Shown here in pieces: positions 62,569 through 64,000 of a stretch of DNA of 64,000 bases. The stretch comes from Nitrospirota bacterium. GTDB lineage: Bacteria > Nitrospirota > UBA9217. The notes beneath the pieces are model-generated. The model did not search any database, was not told the origin of the DNA, and worked only from the letters and a program-made list of their open reading frames with translations. The translations under genes were made by a program, and so were the position numbers. Every line of letters starts with the position of its first letter. The first letter of the stretch is position 1. The stretch covers positions 1-64,000 of the forward strand of contig CAVUHW010000031.1 of the NCBI GenBank assembly GCA_963741205.1, read 5' to 3'.

Positions 62569-63549
62569 TTACCATCTCACCAACGCCGAGGCCCAGGTAA
62601 GCCCCCCGCCGAAGGCCTCGAACAGAAGGAGGTGATTTTTTTTGATCCTGTTGTCGCGGACCGCCTCATCGAGGGCCATGGGGATCGATGCCGCGGACGT
62701 GTTCCCGTATTTCGGAAGCGTGAGCACGACCTTTTCCATGGGCATGTTGAGCCGCTGCGCCATGGCCTGGATGATCCTCAGGTTTGCCTGGTGTGGAACG
62801 AGGTAGTCGATCTGTTCCGGCTTCACCTTGTTATGCTTCAGCGCCTCCTGCGCCACTCCCTCGAGCGCGCGTACAGCCGCCTTGAAGGTCTCGTTGCCCT
62901 TCATCCTGATGAAGTGCATCCTTTTCCGGATGGTATCGTGGGACGCCGGGTGTTGGGCGCCGCCGCCGGGAACATGGATCAAGTCCCCGAGCGATCCGTC
63001 GGAATGCAGGTGCGTCGAGAGGATCCCGCGCTTGCCCGCGTGCCGTTGGATGACGACCGCGCCCGCGCCGTCTCCGAAGAGAATGCAGGTCGTTCGATCC
63101 TCCCAGTCCGTGAACCGCGAGAGGATCTCGGCGCCGACGAGAAGGATGTTCTTATACAAGCCGGACCTGATGAAAGCGTCCGCGACGGACATCCCATAGA
63201 TGAAACCGGAACACGCGGCATAGATATCGAAGGCGGCCGCCTTTCGGGCTCCGAGCTTTTCCTGAAGCACGCAGCTCATGCTCGGCAGGATCATGTCCGG
63301 CGTCATGGTGGCCACCAGGATGAGGTCCAGCTCATCCGCCCCCAGACCGGCGGCCTTGAGGGCCTTCTTGCCCGCCTCGTAGGCGAGGTCCGACGTTGTC
63401 TGGCCTTTTTCCGCGATTCTGCGTTCCTTGATGCCCGTCCGCTCGGTGATCCACTCGTCGCTCGTGTCCACGAGCTTTTCCAGATCGAGGTTGGTAATGA
63501 CCTTCTTCGGCGCGTACGAGCCGGTGCCTGTTATCCGTGCATGGATCAT
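62569..63549 (-). CDS. fabH: Beta-ketoacyl-ACP synthase III
   Basis: DTSDEWITERTGI, AACSGF, LFGDGAGA, PHQANLRI, GNTSAAS, FGGGLTW. Confidence 0.96.
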   Translation of the reverse strand: MIHARITGTGSYAPKKVITNLDLEKLVDTSDEWITERTGIKERRIAEKGQTTSDLAYEAGKKALKAAGLGADELDLILVATMTPDMILPSMSCVLQEKLGARKAAAFDIYAACSGFIYGMSVADAFIRSGLYKNILLVGAEILSRFTDWEDRTTCILFGDGAGAVVIQRHAGKRGILSTHLHSDGSLGDLIHVPGGGAQHPASHDTIRKRMHFIRMKGNETFKAAVRALEGVAQEALKHNKVKPEQIDYLVPHQANLRIIQAMAQRLNMPMEKVVLTLPKYGNTSAASIPMALDEAVRDNRIKKNHLLLFEAFGGGLTWASALVRW

Positions 63550-64000
63550 TTGGTTCTGGTCAGCTCCATATTCTTTTCGATGTCATCGTGGACGTGCTTG
63601 TTGACCTCGCTCTTCGCGAGCTCGGCGGCGACGCGGATGGCGTTTTTAATGGCCCGGTCGACTTGAGCGGCCGTGGCTGATGATGCTGATGCCGTTGATG
63701 CCGACCAGGGGCGCGCCGCCGTATTCCGCGTAATCGACGCGACGTTTGAGGTTCTGGAACGCCGGACGCATCAGCAAATAGCCGAGCTTTCTCGATCAGG
63801 CTCTTCTCGATGTCCGTTTCGAGGAAAAGCCCGATGGTTTCCGCAACGGCTTCGGAGACCTTGAGCACGACGTTGCCGATGAAACCGTCGCAGACGATGA
63901 CGTCGGCCTTGCCCGACATGACATCGCGCCCCTCGACATTCCCGATAAAATTAAGCGACGTCTCGGTCAGGAGCTTGAACGCCTCTTTCGTCAGTTCGTT
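63546..64000 (-). CDS. plsX: Phosphate acyltransferase PlsX, 3' part only (runs off the window); frameshifted
   Basis: [41 protein letters not shown]. Confidence 0.93.

Overview
A 64 kb piece of a moderately GC-rich bacterial chromosome. Gene content suggests an anaerobic or microaerophilic Gram-negative lineage such as Nitrospirota or Desulfobacterota; this is inference only. Many genes, including normally essential ones (argS, secD/secF, fabF, plsX), are broken by single-base indels, best explained as uncorrected long-read errors. Content from left to right: hflX; a Lys-rich protein; a FadL-like porin; LPS heptosyltransferase; MFS transporter; ubiX; argS-tgt-yajC-secD-secF; a TPR lytic transglycosylase; two ABC systems; a pilT paralog; a LytS/LytTR pair; c-type cytochromes; an ArsS-type radical SAM selenoprotein; glk, a HAD phosphatase and a GH15 glucoamylase; a flavin-disulfide oxidoreductase; threonine dehydratase; a Pat-like acetyltransferase; and the fatty-acid operon. 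Best leads: (1) an acyl-CoA dehydrogenase plus bifurcating-type EtfAB with a fused ferredoxin domain sits inside the FAS-II operon (plsX-fabH-acd-etfB-etfA-fabD-fabG-acpP-fabF-rnc) and is a candidate ETF-coupled enoyl-ACP reductase; (2) several families of short intergenic palindromic elements insert into one another, including a copy inside a copy; (3) a UGA-Sec codon with a SECIS-like hairpin that has an alternative, UGA-sequestering fold; (4) a probable AUC start codon in hflX, a solo attC site and two matching ECF-sigma promoters. No tRNA, rRNA, CRISPR array, integrase or transposase was recognised. All family assignments come from reading motifs, not from database searches.
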